Assembly (NCBI GenBank): GCA_963764025.1
Contig: CAVXRK010000011.1
Location: 320,999-384,998, forward strand
Origin: an uncultured Acidobacteriota bacterium
GTDB lineage: Bacteria; Acidobacteriota; Thermoanaerobaculia; UBA5066; Gp7-AA6
Direction: 5' to 3'
DNA: 64,000 bases
Positions 43,995-54,249 of this stretch are shown in pieces. The position numbers and the translations under genes are program-made. Each line of letters starts with the position of its first letter. Position 1 is the first letter of the stretch. The notes under the pieces were generated by a model. That model saw nothing but the letters and a program-made list of their open reading frames with translations, made no database searches and was not told where the DNA came from.

Positions 43995-44597
43995 ATGCCT
44001 CCTGGCTCGACGGCCTGGGCGGACGCGGTCTACTGGGCGCTGGATCTCGAGACCGGGGGCTTGTCTCCGGGCCGGGACCCGATCCTGTCCGTCGGGATGG
44101 TCCCCATCCGGGACGGGGTCGCACGCCTGGCGGAGTCCTACGCCACGATGGTCCGGCCCCCGCGAAGCTCGGGAGCTCCCTCGGCCGGGGCGGTCGCGGC
44201 GCACCACATTCTGCCGGGCGAGGCGACCAACGGGCTGCGGCTCGTCGAGGTCCTGCCGGAGATCGACCGGCGGCTCCGGGAGGGCGTCCTTCTGGTGCAT
44301 CACGCCCGCATCGACGTCACTTTCCTCAAACGCGCGTATCGAGCCATGTTCCGGAGATGGCCCCGGCCGAAGGTCGTCGACACGGTCTCCCTGATCTGGA
44401 AGCTGTCCTGGCGCGGGCGATTCCTGGGAGCCCCTCCGGGCACCGTGCCGACGCTGCGGCTCTCGGAGATCCGTGACGAGCTGGGTCTGCCGGGCTACCC
44501 CGCCCACGACGCCCTGACCGACGCGGTCGCAACGGCCGAGCTCTTTCTCGTGCTGCGGGCCCGGCTGGGGGCAAGAAAGCTCCGGGAGCTGCTTTGA
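43995..44597 (+). CDS. DEDD-family 3'-5' exonuclease (DnaQ/epsilon-like)
   Basis: YWALDLETGGL (Exo I)...LVHHARIDVTFL (Exo II)...YPAHDALTDAVATAELF (Exo III). Confidence 0.8.
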   Translation: MPPGSTAWADAVYWALDLETGGLSPGRDPILSVGMVPIRDGVARLAESYATMVRPPRSSGAPSAGAVAAHHILPGEATNGLRLVEVLPEIDRRLREGVLLVHHARIDVTFLKRAYRAMFRRWPRPKVVDTVSLIWKLSWRGRFLGAPPGTVPTLRLSEIRDELGLPGYPAHDALTDAVATAELFLVLRARLGARKLRELL

Positions 44598-44630
44598 GCC
44601 CGCCGGACGGGAAATAATCGGCCACATCTC

Positions 44631-45815
44631 ATGGAGCACGCCGGCGGATTCGGTCCGTTTCTCCTCGCGTTCGCCCTGGCGCTGATCCTGGCGAAGCTTT
44701 TCGGGGAGCTCGCCGAGCGTCTGCGCCAGCCGGCCGTCCTCGGGGAGCTCGTGGCCGGGACGATTCTCGGGCCGTCGGTCCTCGGGCTCGTCCCGCTCTC
44801 GGCCGAAATCACCCTCGTGGCGGAGATCGGGGTGGTGCTCCTCCTCTTCGAGGTCGGGCTCGAGACGGACCTCGAAGAGCTCAAGCGCGTGGGCGGACCG
44901 GCCCTCGCGGTCGCGGTCGTGGGAATGGTCCTTCCGTTCATCGGAGGATTCCTCCTGACGCGATGGGCGGGGTTCTCGGCCCTCGTCTCGATCTTCGCCG
45001 GGGCCGCGCTGACCGCCACGTCGATCAGCATCACGGCGCGGGTCCTTTCCGAGATCGGGGCCCTGGCGTCCCGGGAGGGACAGATCATCCTGGGGGCCGC
45101 GGTCGCCGACGACGTGCTCGGTCTCGTGGTTCTGGCCGTCGTGAGCCAGCTCGCGAAGGGTGCCGGTCTCGACGCCGCGATCGTCGTCCGATCCACGGGG
45201 CTCGCCGTCGGCTTTCTCCTGCTGGCCCTCGTCCTCGGGATCCCGATCGGTCATCGCCTCGTCCGGGAAGTGGGCCGGGCCCGCGTCCGAGGCATCCTTC
45301 TGGTCGCCGCCGTGGCCTTCGCGCTTCTGGTCGCCTGGGGCGCGCAGCGGGCGGGCTCGGCGGCGATCGTCGGCGCGTTTGCGGCCGGACTCGTGCTCGC
45401 CCGGACCAACCGGCGGCACGACATCAACGTCGCCCTGCGGCCGGTGGTGGACATTTTCGCGCCCGTCTTCTTCGTCGTCGTGGGCGCCCAGGTCGACGTC
45501 CCGAAGCTCAATCCATTCGCTCCCGATAATCGGCCTGCGCTGCTGCTGGCCGCCGGGCTGACGGTGGTGGGAGCCGTCGGAAAGTTCGCCGCCGGTTTCG
45601 TGGCGTGGGGCCCCACGCGGCGCGCCTTCGTCGGAGCGGGGATGCTGCCCCGGGGGGAGGTCGGCCTCATCTTCGCCTCGATCGGGCGAGCGACGGGGGG
45701 CCTGCCTCCCGAGGCATTCAACGCCGTGGTCATCGCGATCTTCGCCACCACGTTCCTGGCGCCGCCCCTGCTCGGGCTGCTGCGGCCCGCGGCGGCGCGC
45801 TCAAAAACGCCTTGA
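44631..45815 (+). CDS. cation:proton antiporter (CPA1/CPA2 Na+/H+ exchanger family)
   Basis: 12-TM profile. LVAGTILGPSVLGLV...LLLFEVGLETDLEEL. Confidence 0.8.
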   Translation: MEHAGGFGPFLLAFALALILAKLFGELAERLRQPAVLGELVAGTILGPSVLGLVPLSAEITLVAEIGVVLLLFEVGLETDLEELKRVGGPALAVAVVGMVLPFIGGFLLTRWAGFSALVSIFAGAALTATSISITARVLSEIGALASREGQIILGAAVADDVLGLVVLAVVSQLAKGAGLDAAIVVRSTGLAVGFLLLALVLGIPIGHRLVREVGRARVRGILLVAAVAFALLVAWGAQRAGSAAIVGAFAAGLVLARTNRRHDINVALRPVVDIFAPVFFVVVGAQVDVPKLNPFAPDNRPALLLAAGLTVVGAVGKFAAGFVAWGPTRRAFVGAGMLPRGEVGLIFASIGRATGGLPPEAFNAVVIAIFATTFLAPPLLGLLRPAAARSKTP

Positions 45816-46056
45816 CATCCGGCCCGGCTTCTCAAAGGCTTGGCAAAGTTTCGAGCGCCTTACCTGCAGTCCGCCTGCCGGGAGGGTCTATGGAAGGGGT
45901 TGTCGAGGCCGTCCGCCTTCCTTGCGCGGCCCAGCCGCCAACCCGAGACCCGCGTCCCGACATCTCGATCGCAATGGATGTTTCGAGTCCGCACGGCTAC
46001 TCGGAAAGGAGGAACGGGATGGTCCTGAAAGGTCCGCTCGGCTGGGGAGGCTCGCC

Positions 46057-46329
46057 ATGTCACAACATCTGACGCCCGAACAGAAACACGCGTACTGGGA
46101 TTACAACCGCCGCCTGGTCGTCATCCTGCTCGCCATCTGGTTCGTCGTCACCTATCTCTTGTCCGGGCTGTGGGCGGCCACCCTCAACAAGGTCAGCTTC
46201 CTCGGATTCCCCTTCGGCTACTACATGGCAGCGCAGGGATCGCTGATCATCTTCGTGATCGAAATCGCGATCTACGCTCGGCTGATGAACAAGAAGGACC
46301 TGGAGTACGGGATCCAGGAGGAGGGCTAG
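46057..46329 (+). CDS. yjcH: DUF485 (YjcH-like) inner-membrane protein
   Basis: MSQHLTPEQKHAYWDYNRRLVVILLAIWFVVTYLL...GFPFGYYMAAQGSLIIFVIEIAIYARLMNKKD. Immediately precedes actP. Confidence 0.8.
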   Translation: MSQHLTPEQKHAYWDYNRRLVVILLAIWFVVTYLLSGLWAATLNKVSFLGFPFGYYMAAQGSLIIFVIEIAIYARLMNKKDLEYGIQEEG

Positions 46330-46334
46330 AAGCG

Positions 46335-48281
46335 ATGAGCCTGCGCAAGATCTTCACGCTCTACACGGTCGCCTTCCTCGGGGTCACGATCCTGATCGGC
46401 ATCGCGGAGCAGGCCTTCGGGCTTCCCAACCGGTGGATCGGTTGGATATTCATGGGCCTTTCGCTCGGGATCTACATCGTCATCGGCATCGTGACGCGGA
46501 CGGCGGTCGCCGACGAGTACTACGTCGCGGGCCGGAACGTGCCGGCGATCTTCAACGGCATGGCGACCGGCTCGGACTGGATGTCCGCGGCGTCCTTCAT
46601 CTCGATGGCGGGCGCCCTGTTCATGCTGGGCTTCGGCGGCCTCGCCTACGTGATGGGGTGGACCGGCGGCTACCTGCTCCTCGCGGTGTTCCTCGGCCCG
46701 TATCTGCGCCGCTTCGGCGCCTACACGATTCCGGACTTCCTCGGCGAGCGCTACGGCGGCAACGCCGCCCGCCTCATCGGCGTGCTCGCGGCGATCACCT
46801 GCTCCTTCACCTACCTGATCGCCCAGGTCACCGGCGTCGGCCTGATCGTCTCGCGATTCATCGGCCTCGACTTCAAGGTCGGCTGCTTCGTCGGACTCAT
46901 CGGCGTTCTGTTCTGCTCGGTCCTCGGCGGCATGCGCTCGGTGACCTGGACGCAGGTCGCCCAGTACATCATCCTGATCACCTCCTACCTCGTTCCGGTC
47001 GTCGTGCTCTCGTTCAACATCTTTCACGTTCCGATCCCGGAACTGACGTACGGGCGGCTCCTTCAAAAGAACTCCGAGCGCGCCGTCCAGATCACCCGGG
47101 ACCCGCAGGAGAAGGCGACGCGCGCCATCTGGAAGCAGGAGGCCGACGAGATCGCCGCCAAGCTCAAGGCGGGCGGGCTGCCGGCCGGCGAGAAGGAAAA
47201 GCTGACCGCGGCGCAGAAGCTCGCGACCCAGCAGGCGACGGCGCCGGCCCCGAGCGATGACGCGACCACGAGCAACTACCTGGCCGTGCCCAAGGGCGTC
47301 AAGATGTGGAACTTCCTCGCCCTGACCTTCTGCCTGATGGTGGGAACGGCGGGGCTTCCCCACATTCTGACGCGCTACTACACGACGCCCTCGGTCCGCC
47401 AGGCTCGAACGTCCGTCGGATGGTCCCTGTTCTTCATCTTCCTTCTCTACTTCACGGCCCCGGCCTACGCGGCCTTCGCGCGCTACGAGGTCTACGACAA
47501 GCTGGTCGGAACCCAGATCGCCGACCTGCCGCGGTGGGTGACACTGTGGAAACCGGCGGGGCTCTTCGAGATCGTGGACAAGGCCAAGGACGGGATCGTG
47601 CACTTCGCCGACTTCGCCATCAAGAGCACGGACTTCGTCGTGCTCGCGACGCCCGAGATCGCGAAGCTGCCCTTCGTCATCACGGGACTGGTGATGGCGG
47701 GCGGCCTCGCCGCCGCCCTCTCGACGGCGGACGGCCTCCTCCTGACGATCGCCAACGCGATCTCCCACGACCTCTACTTCAAGGTCATCGATCCGAAGGC
47801 TTCGCTCGTGAAGCGGCTGACGATCACGAAGGCGCTCCTGGTGATCACGGCGCTCATCGCCGCCTCCGTGGCGACGTTGCGGGTCGCCATCATCGTCGAG
47901 CTCGTGGCCTGGGCCTTCAGTCTGGCGGCCGCGTCGTTCTTCCCGGCCCTCGTGATGGGGATCTGGTGGAAGCGGGCGAACAAGGCCGGGGCCCTCGCGG
48001 GCATGTGGGTCGGCTTCCTGCTCACCCTCTACTACATGATCGGAAGCCGTTTCTTCAGCGTGTCGTGGTTCGGGACCGCCACGATCGCCTCGGGTGTCTT
48101 CGGGATCCCGCTGGGCTTCATCGTGATCTGGATCGTCTCTCTGGCGACGAAGGCCCCGCCCCAGGAGGTCCAGGACTTCGTCGCGAACATCCGGTATCCC
48201 GAGTCGGGACGGCGCAAGGCCCCGCCGACGTTCGGGACCAAGGATGCGGGAATGGGAGGTGCGGAGCCGTCGGCCATCTGA
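46335..48281 (+). CDS. actP: cation/acetate symporter ActP (sodium:solute symporter family)
   Basis: GRNVPAIFNGMATGSDWMSAASFISMAGAL...GLPHILTRYYT. 13-14 TMs. GGAGG SD. Confidence 0.85.
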   Translation: MSLRKIFTLYTVAFLGVTILIGIAEQAFGLPNRWIGWIFMGLSLGIYIVIGIVTRTAVADEYYVAGRNVPAIFNGMATGSDWMSAASFISMAGALFMLGFGGLAYVMGWTGGYLLLAVFLGPYLRRFGAYTIPDFLGERYGGNAARLIGVLAAITCSFTYLIAQVTGVGLIVSRFIGLDFKVGCFVGLIGVLFCSVLGGMRSVTWTQVAQYIILITSYLVPVVVLSFNIFHVPIPELTYGRLLQKNSERAVQITRDPQEKATRAIWKQEADEIAAKLKAGGLPAGEKEKLTAAQKLATQQATAPAPSDDATTSNYLAVPKGVKMWNFLALTFCLMVGTAGLPHILTRYYTTPSVRQARTSVGWSLFFIFLLYFTAPAYAAFARYEVYDKLVGTQIADLPRWVTLWKPAGLFEIVDKAKDGIVHFADFAIKSTDFVVLATPEIAKLPFVITGLVMAGGLAAALSTADGLLLTIANAISHDLYFKVIDPKASLVKRLTITKALLVITALIAASVATLRVAIIVELVAWAFSLAAASFFPALVMGIWWKRANKAGALAGMWVGFLLTLYYMIGSRFFSVSWFGTATIASGVFGIPLGFIVIWIVSLATKAPPQEVQDFVANIRYPESGRRKAPPTFGTKDAGMGGAEPSAI

Positions 48282-48329
48282 TTCGATTCCACGGGGCCGG
48301 GCGGACGGCCGCCCGGCCCACGGGTTCTC

Positions 48330-48623
48330 ATGAACGAGTGGCTTTTTCGCGTGCTCTACGTGCTTCGGTTCATCGCCTTCATGGGCACTTTCTATCTGGC
48401 GCTCCACCTCGTCGTGGCGCGGTGGCTTCGGGACCCGACGAGCAAGGTCGCCGCGTTCTTCACCATCCTCACCGCGCCGCTGGTGCGTCCCGTCCGGGGA
48501 CTGCTCCCGCCCGGGCGCAGCGAGCAGCAGGTCCGCCTGGCTGCGTTCCTCGTGTTCCTCGTTCTCTGGCTTTCCCTCGCGCTCGTGTCCGCCTGGGCGG
48601 CCGCGAGCTTCGCCGGATCCTGA
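48330..48623 (+). CDS. small hydrophobic hypothetical membrane protein (97 aa)
   Basis: Two to three predicted TM helices. Sits between actP and the ABC substrate-binding gene. Confidence 0.4.
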   Translation: MNEWLFRVLYVLRFIAFMGTFYLALHLVVARWLRDPTSKVAAFFTILTAPLVRPVRGLLPPGRSEQQVRLAAFLVFLVLWLSLALVSAWAAASFAGS

Positions 48624-48636
48624 AAGGAGGCTCGAC

Positions 48637-49971
48637 ATGTCTCGCAAACACCGTCGCGGGTTGACCCGAAGGCAGTTCGCAAAGCTCACGGGAGCCGGGG
48701 CGCTCGCCGCCGCCGGTCCCGCCTTTCTCTTCCCGGCCCGAGCCGCCGCACAACAAAGGACCCTGAAGATCCTGCAGTGGAGCCACTTCGTCCCGGGTTA
48801 CGACAAGTGGTTCGATGGCGTCTTCACCAAGGAATGGGGAAGCAAGCACGACACCAGCGTCGTCGTGGACCACATCTCGATCGGCGAGGTCAATGCGCGG
48901 GCCGCCGCGGAAGCCTCGGCCAAGAAGGGCCATGACCTGTTCATGTTCCTCGCCCCGCCGGCGGCCTACGAAAAGCAGGTCATCGACCACAGGGAGATCT
49001 ATCAGGAGGTCGAGAAGAAGCACGGCAAGATGATCTCCCTCGCCGAGAAATCGACCCTGAACCCGAAGACCAAGAAGTACTTCGCCTTCTCGGATTCCTA
49101 CGTCCCGGATCCCGGCAACTACCGGAAAGACCTCTGGGAAAAGGTCGGGTTCCCCAACGGCCCCGACACTTACGAGGATCTGCTGAAAGGCGGCAAGAAG
49201 ATCAAGGACGAGTTCGGCAACCCGGTCGGGATCGGGCTCTCGCAGGAGCTCGACAGCAACATGGCGATGCGCGCCGTCCTGTGGTCCTTCGGCGGCTCCG
49301 TGCAGGACGCCGGGGGCAACGTCGCGATCTACTCCAAACAGACCATCGAGGCGATCAAGTACGTCCGGGACCTCTACAAGCAGACGATGACTCCGGAAGT
49401 CTTCACGTGGGATCCCTCCTCGAACAACCGGGGAATCATCGCCGGCAAGCTCTCCTTCGTCGACAACGCGATTTCGGTCACCCGCACCGCCGAGAAGGAC
49501 AACCCGGACATGTCTTCCAAGATCTGGCTGACTCCGGCGCTCAAGGGCCCCGTCCGCCGCATCGCGGCCGAGCACGTCATGGACTGCTACGTGATCTGGG
49601 ACTTCGCCGAAAACAAGGAGGGCGCCAAGCAGTTCCTGGTCGACTACATGGATTCCTTCGGGGCGGCCTTCAAGGCCAGCGAGTTCTACAACTTCCCCTG
49701 CTTCCCTCAGACCGTGCCCGACCTCGCGGCGCAGATCTCGAACGACCCGAAGGCCAATCCCCCCGACAAGTACAAGGTCCTCGCCAACGTGCTCGACTGG
49801 GCGACCAACGTGGGGTACCCCGGCTATGCGACCGCCGCCATCGACGAGGTCTTCAACACGTTCGTCCTCCCGACGATGTTCGCCAAGGCCGCCCAGGACG
49901 TGCTGAGCCCGGAGGACTCGGCGCGCGCGGCGGAGAAGGAGATCAAGCGGATCTTCGACAAGTGGAAGTGA
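48637..49971 (+). CDS. ABC transporter substrate-binding protein (carbohydrate uptake family 1) with a Tat signal
   Basis: RRQFAKLTGAGALAAAGPAFLFPARAAA twin-arginine signal. 444 aa. Followed by ATPase and permease genes. Confidence 0.8.
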   Translation: MSRKHRRGLTRRQFAKLTGAGALAAAGPAFLFPARAAAQQRTLKILQWSHFVPGYDKWFDGVFTKEWGSKHDTSVVVDHISIGEVNARAAAEASAKKGHDLFMFLAPPAAYEKQVIDHREIYQEVEKKHGKMISLAEKSTLNPKTKKYFAFSDSYVPDPGNYRKDLWEKVGFPNGPDTYEDLLKGGKKIKDEFGNPVGIGLSQELDSNMAMRAVLWSFGGSVQDAGGNVAIYSKQTIEAIKYVRDLYKQTMTPEVFTWDPSSNNRGIIAGKLSFVDNAISVTRTAEKDNPDMSSKIWLTPALKGPVRRIAAEHVMDCYVIWDFAENKEGAKQFLVDYMDSFGAAFKASEFYNFPCFPQTVPDLAAQISNDPKANPPDKYKVLANVLDWATNVGYPGYATAAIDEVFNTFVLPTMFAKAAQDVLSPEDSARAAEKEIKRIFDKWK

Positions 49972-49979
49972 GTTTCTGA

Positions 49980-51019
<1,040 letters not shown>

Positions 51020-51023
<4 letters not shown>

Positions 51024-51907
51024 GCCGCCTCTCGCGGCGGAGCTGGCTCGGGCCGGCGATGCTGCTTCCCGCGATCGTCTACGTGATCGCCCTCGTCGGC
51101 GTGCCCTTCCTCCTCGCCATCGTCTACGCCGTCGGTGACGTGAAGGTCGGGTCGACGGGATATCACTTCGTCGGCTTCGCCAATTTTGCGTCCGTGCTCG
51201 AGAACCCCGGATTCCGGCGGGCGCTGCGAAACTCGATCGTGTTCACCGTCTGTTCCCAGTTTCTCGTCCTCGTCTTCGGCAACATTCTGGCGATCGTCCT
51301 CAAGGACGCCTTCCGCGGCCGCCGGCTCGTCCGCTTCCTCGTGATTCTCCCCTGGGTCGCCCCCGTCTCGATCGGGAGCATCGGGTGGAAGTGGATTCTC
51401 GACAGCCTCTACAGCGTGATCAACTGGGTTCTCATTCGGCTTCACCTCGTCGATCCGTTGTCGCCGCCCATGTGGCTGGGCGAACCGACGCTGGCGATGA
51501 TCTCGGTGATCCTGGTCCACACCTGGCACGTTCTCCCGTTTGCGACGGTGATCCTGCTCGCGGGCTGGACCGCCATTCCCCGGGACATCCCGGAGGCGTG
51601 TGCCGTCGACGGAGCGGGCTACTTCCGAACGCTCTTCCAGATCACGCTCCCGATGCTCCGGCCGATCATCAGCGTCGCGCTTCTCTTCGGCATCGTCTTC
51701 ACGTTCACCGACATGACGGTGATCTACATCCTGACGCGGGGGGGGCCGTACGACACGACCCAGGTCCTTCCCTCGATGGCGTTCTTCACCGGCATCCTCG
51801 GCAGCGACCTGGCGGAAGGGGCCGCCATCTCGATCTTCCTGCTTCCCCTGCTCGTGGTCGTGGCCTGGCAAATGCTGCGCACGGCCCATCGCGCCGAGGT
51901 CGCCTGA
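51020..51907 (+). CDS. ABC transporter permease (MalF/UgpA-like)
   Basis: 6 TMs and an EAA-like loop (EACAVDGAGYFRTLFQITLPMLRP). Confidence 0.85.
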
Positions 51908-52760
51908 TGGCCGTCGGACGCCGCGCCCGCCGGACGTTCGCGGCCACGCTGCGCTGGGGGATCCTCGCCGGATTCGCGACGGCGCTGTCGTTTCCCTTCT
52001 ACTGGATGCTGATCGCGACCTTCAAGCAGTCGAGCGACCTCTACGACCTCAAGAACAACCCGTTCCTGTTTCACGAGGCGCCGACGCTCGACCACCTGCG
52101 GCTGCTCTGGAACGAGACCCTCTTCCCGCGCTGGCTCTGGAACACCACCATGGCAGGCGTCATCGTCGTCGCGATCACGCTGCTCCTGTCGCTGCCGGCG
52201 GCCTACGCGCTGGCGCGCCTGACCGGAGCCGTGGGGAGGGCGCCTCGGGAATCGCGATCTTCCTGACCTACCTCATCCCGCCGACGCTGCTCTTCATTCC
52301 CCTTTCCCGCGTCGTCGCCACCTTGGGGCTCCAGGACACCATCTGGTCGATCGTCGTCGTCTATCCGAGCTTCACGATTCCGTTCTCGACCTGGCTGCTC
52401 ATGGGTTTTTTCAAGTCGATCCCCCGGGAGCTGGAGGATGCCGCCATGGTCGACGGCCTGACCCGGTTCCAGGCCTTCCTTCGGCTGGTCGTTCCGATCT
52501 CGGTCTCGGGCATCCTGACCGTCGTCATCTTCTCCTTCACGCTGGTGACCCAGGAATTCGTCTACGCCCTGACCTTCATTTCCTCGGCCTCGCACCAGAC
52601 GGTCGGCGTCGGCGTCCCGATCTACCTGGTCCGGGGCGACGTCTACTACTGGGGCTCGCTCATGGCCGCCTGCCTGATCGCGAGCCTCCCGATCGGCTTC
52701 GTCTACAACCTCTTCCTCGACCGGTTCATCGCCGGTTTTACGTTCGGGTCGGTCAAATGA
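51907..52760 (+). CDS. ABC transporter permease (MalG/UgpE-like); one shift in a GGGG run near 52240
   Basis: N-half in the frame of 51385..52266, C-half in the frame of 52323..52760 (EDAAMVDGLTRFQAFLRLVVPIS, EAA motif). ATGA overlap with the preceding gene. Confidence 0.75.
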
Positions 52761-52990
52761 GAAGGTCGGGAGCAAAAACCGGACTAAGATGGCGTCCAGA
52801 GGGCCGCGAGAGGATGCGGAGTCGACCGGCCACGGTGGCGTCCTCGGTTTCTGCGAAGAAGCGGGACACCGAACGACTGCCCCGCGGACCCGCGTCCTGC
52901 CGCCCTCCCTGACGCTCCCGCCCAGATTCCCATCCGGCGGCTCCTCGCCGGAAAGGCGCACTTCCCCATTCGGAGGGAGAAGGAGGGTCA

Positions 52991-54208
52991 ATGAGGTTTG
53001 CAGTGCGCTCCATGGTCATTCTGGCATTCACGGTTCTCGCGGCTGGCGAGGCGTCGGCGCAAAGCACTTTCCAACTGGGCACCGCCGGCACGCTCACGTT
53101 CAAAGGGTTCTTCAGCGTCACGGCTTTCGCGCAGGACCAAAACTTCATTTTCGGCAACGGACAGAACGCCGAAGTCCCGGTTGGTCCGGACTGCACGGTC
53201 GACTGCTGGTTCGGCGGCGCGGACGTTCGCAACACCCGCCTGACGATGGTCTTCGACGGGCCCAAGATCACCGGCGACTGGAAGGTCGGCGCCACCCTCG
53301 AGATGGATTTCTTCGGAGGGAACAACGGAGTCGGCGCGTTCAGCGGCCAGCAGCCGGTGCCGAGGCTGCGCCTGGCTTACATCGACTTCGGCAACGGCAG
53401 CACCACCATCCGCATGGGCCAGCAGTGGTCCCCGCTCTTCGGCAACGTGGCCGTCTCGCTCTCCCACATCGCGTTTCCCCTGGGTTACGGCGCGGCGGGC
53501 GACATCGGCTGGCGCTTTCCGGGAATCTTCATCTACCAGAAGCTCACGTCCAAGGACTCGGTGGTCAACGCCGAGCTCCAGGGCGCGATCATGTCCGGCT
53601 CGTGGAACGGCCCGGACTGCACCGCGGCGACCAACAACTGCAACAACTGGGACACGGCCGGGAACGCGTCGTATCCGCAGTTCGAGCTGCGATTCAACCT
53701 CGGCGGCAAGATGGGCAGCAACAGCACGTGGTCGACCTACATCGTCGGACACTACGACGAGAAGGACCTGTCGGGGCCGGGCGCGTCCGCGCCGAACGAC
53801 AGGCTCACGGGCTCGGCCGTCGAGATCGGCGCCAAGTTCCAGATCGGTCCGGTCCTGATCCAGGGCAACGGCTACTCGGGACACTCGATCGGCCAGAACT
53901 TCGGCATGATCACGCAGTTCGGGAAGATCCAGGGCCAGGGCGGCTGGGCCCAGATCGGCTTCGACATCACGAAGAACTGGGGCGTCTTCGGCTTCTGGGG
54001 CATCGACGATCCCAAGAACACCGACGTGCTGCGCGCCGTCGGCGCCAACGGCCGGATGAAGAACACGATGTACGCCGGGATGCTGCGCTGGAAGTCCGGG
54101 CCGCTCGCGTTCGGGTTCGAATACATCTACGACAAGCTGCTGACGGGCGTGGCCGAGGTCAAGACCGGCGGAACGCAGCTCGCGCTCTCGGCGCTCTACA
54201 ACTTCTAG
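52991..54208 (+). CDS. outer-membrane beta-barrel porin-like protein
   Basis: Signal peptide MRFAVRSMVILAFTVLAAGEASA. Alternating amphipathic strands. C-terminal ...LSALYNF (terminal Phe). Confidence 0.7.
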   Translation: MRFAVRSMVILAFTVLAAGEASAQSTFQLGTAGTLTFKGFFSVTAFAQDQNFIFGNGQNAEVPVGPDCTVDCWFGGADVRNTRLTMVFDGPKITGDWKVGATLEMDFFGGNNGVGAFSGQQPVPRLRLAYIDFGNGSTTIRMGQQWSPLFGNVAVSLSHIAFPLGYGAAGDIGWRFPGIFIYQKLTSKDSVVNAELQGAIMSGSWNGPDCTAATNNCNNWDTAGNASYPQFELRFNLGGKMGSNSTWSTYIVGHYDEKDLSGPGASAPNDRLTGSAVEIGAKFQIGPVLIQGNGYSGHSIGQNFGMITQFGKIQGQGGWAQIGFDITKNWGVFGFWGIDDPKNTDVLRAVGANGRMKNTMYAGMLRWKSGPLAFGFEYIYDKLLTGVAEVKTGGTQLALSALYNF

Positions 54209-54249
54209 GAATCCGGGCGGGAGCCGGGCGCTCCCGCCCTCCCTTTGCT

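Noticed and set aside
42447-45419. 990-aa minus-strand ORF; similarly the 787-aa ORF at 46326..48689, the 1037-aa ORF at 1540..4653, the 925-aa ORF at 54560..57337 and the 846-aa ORF at 37155..39695 upstream of 38114
   Set aside because: Antisense to, or alternative frames of, clearly recognisable genes (cNMP/exonuclease/antiporter, actP, GMC oxidoreductase/aquaporin, acyl-CoA synthetase, glycosyltransferase). Compositionally biased (R/G/P/D/E) with no motifs.
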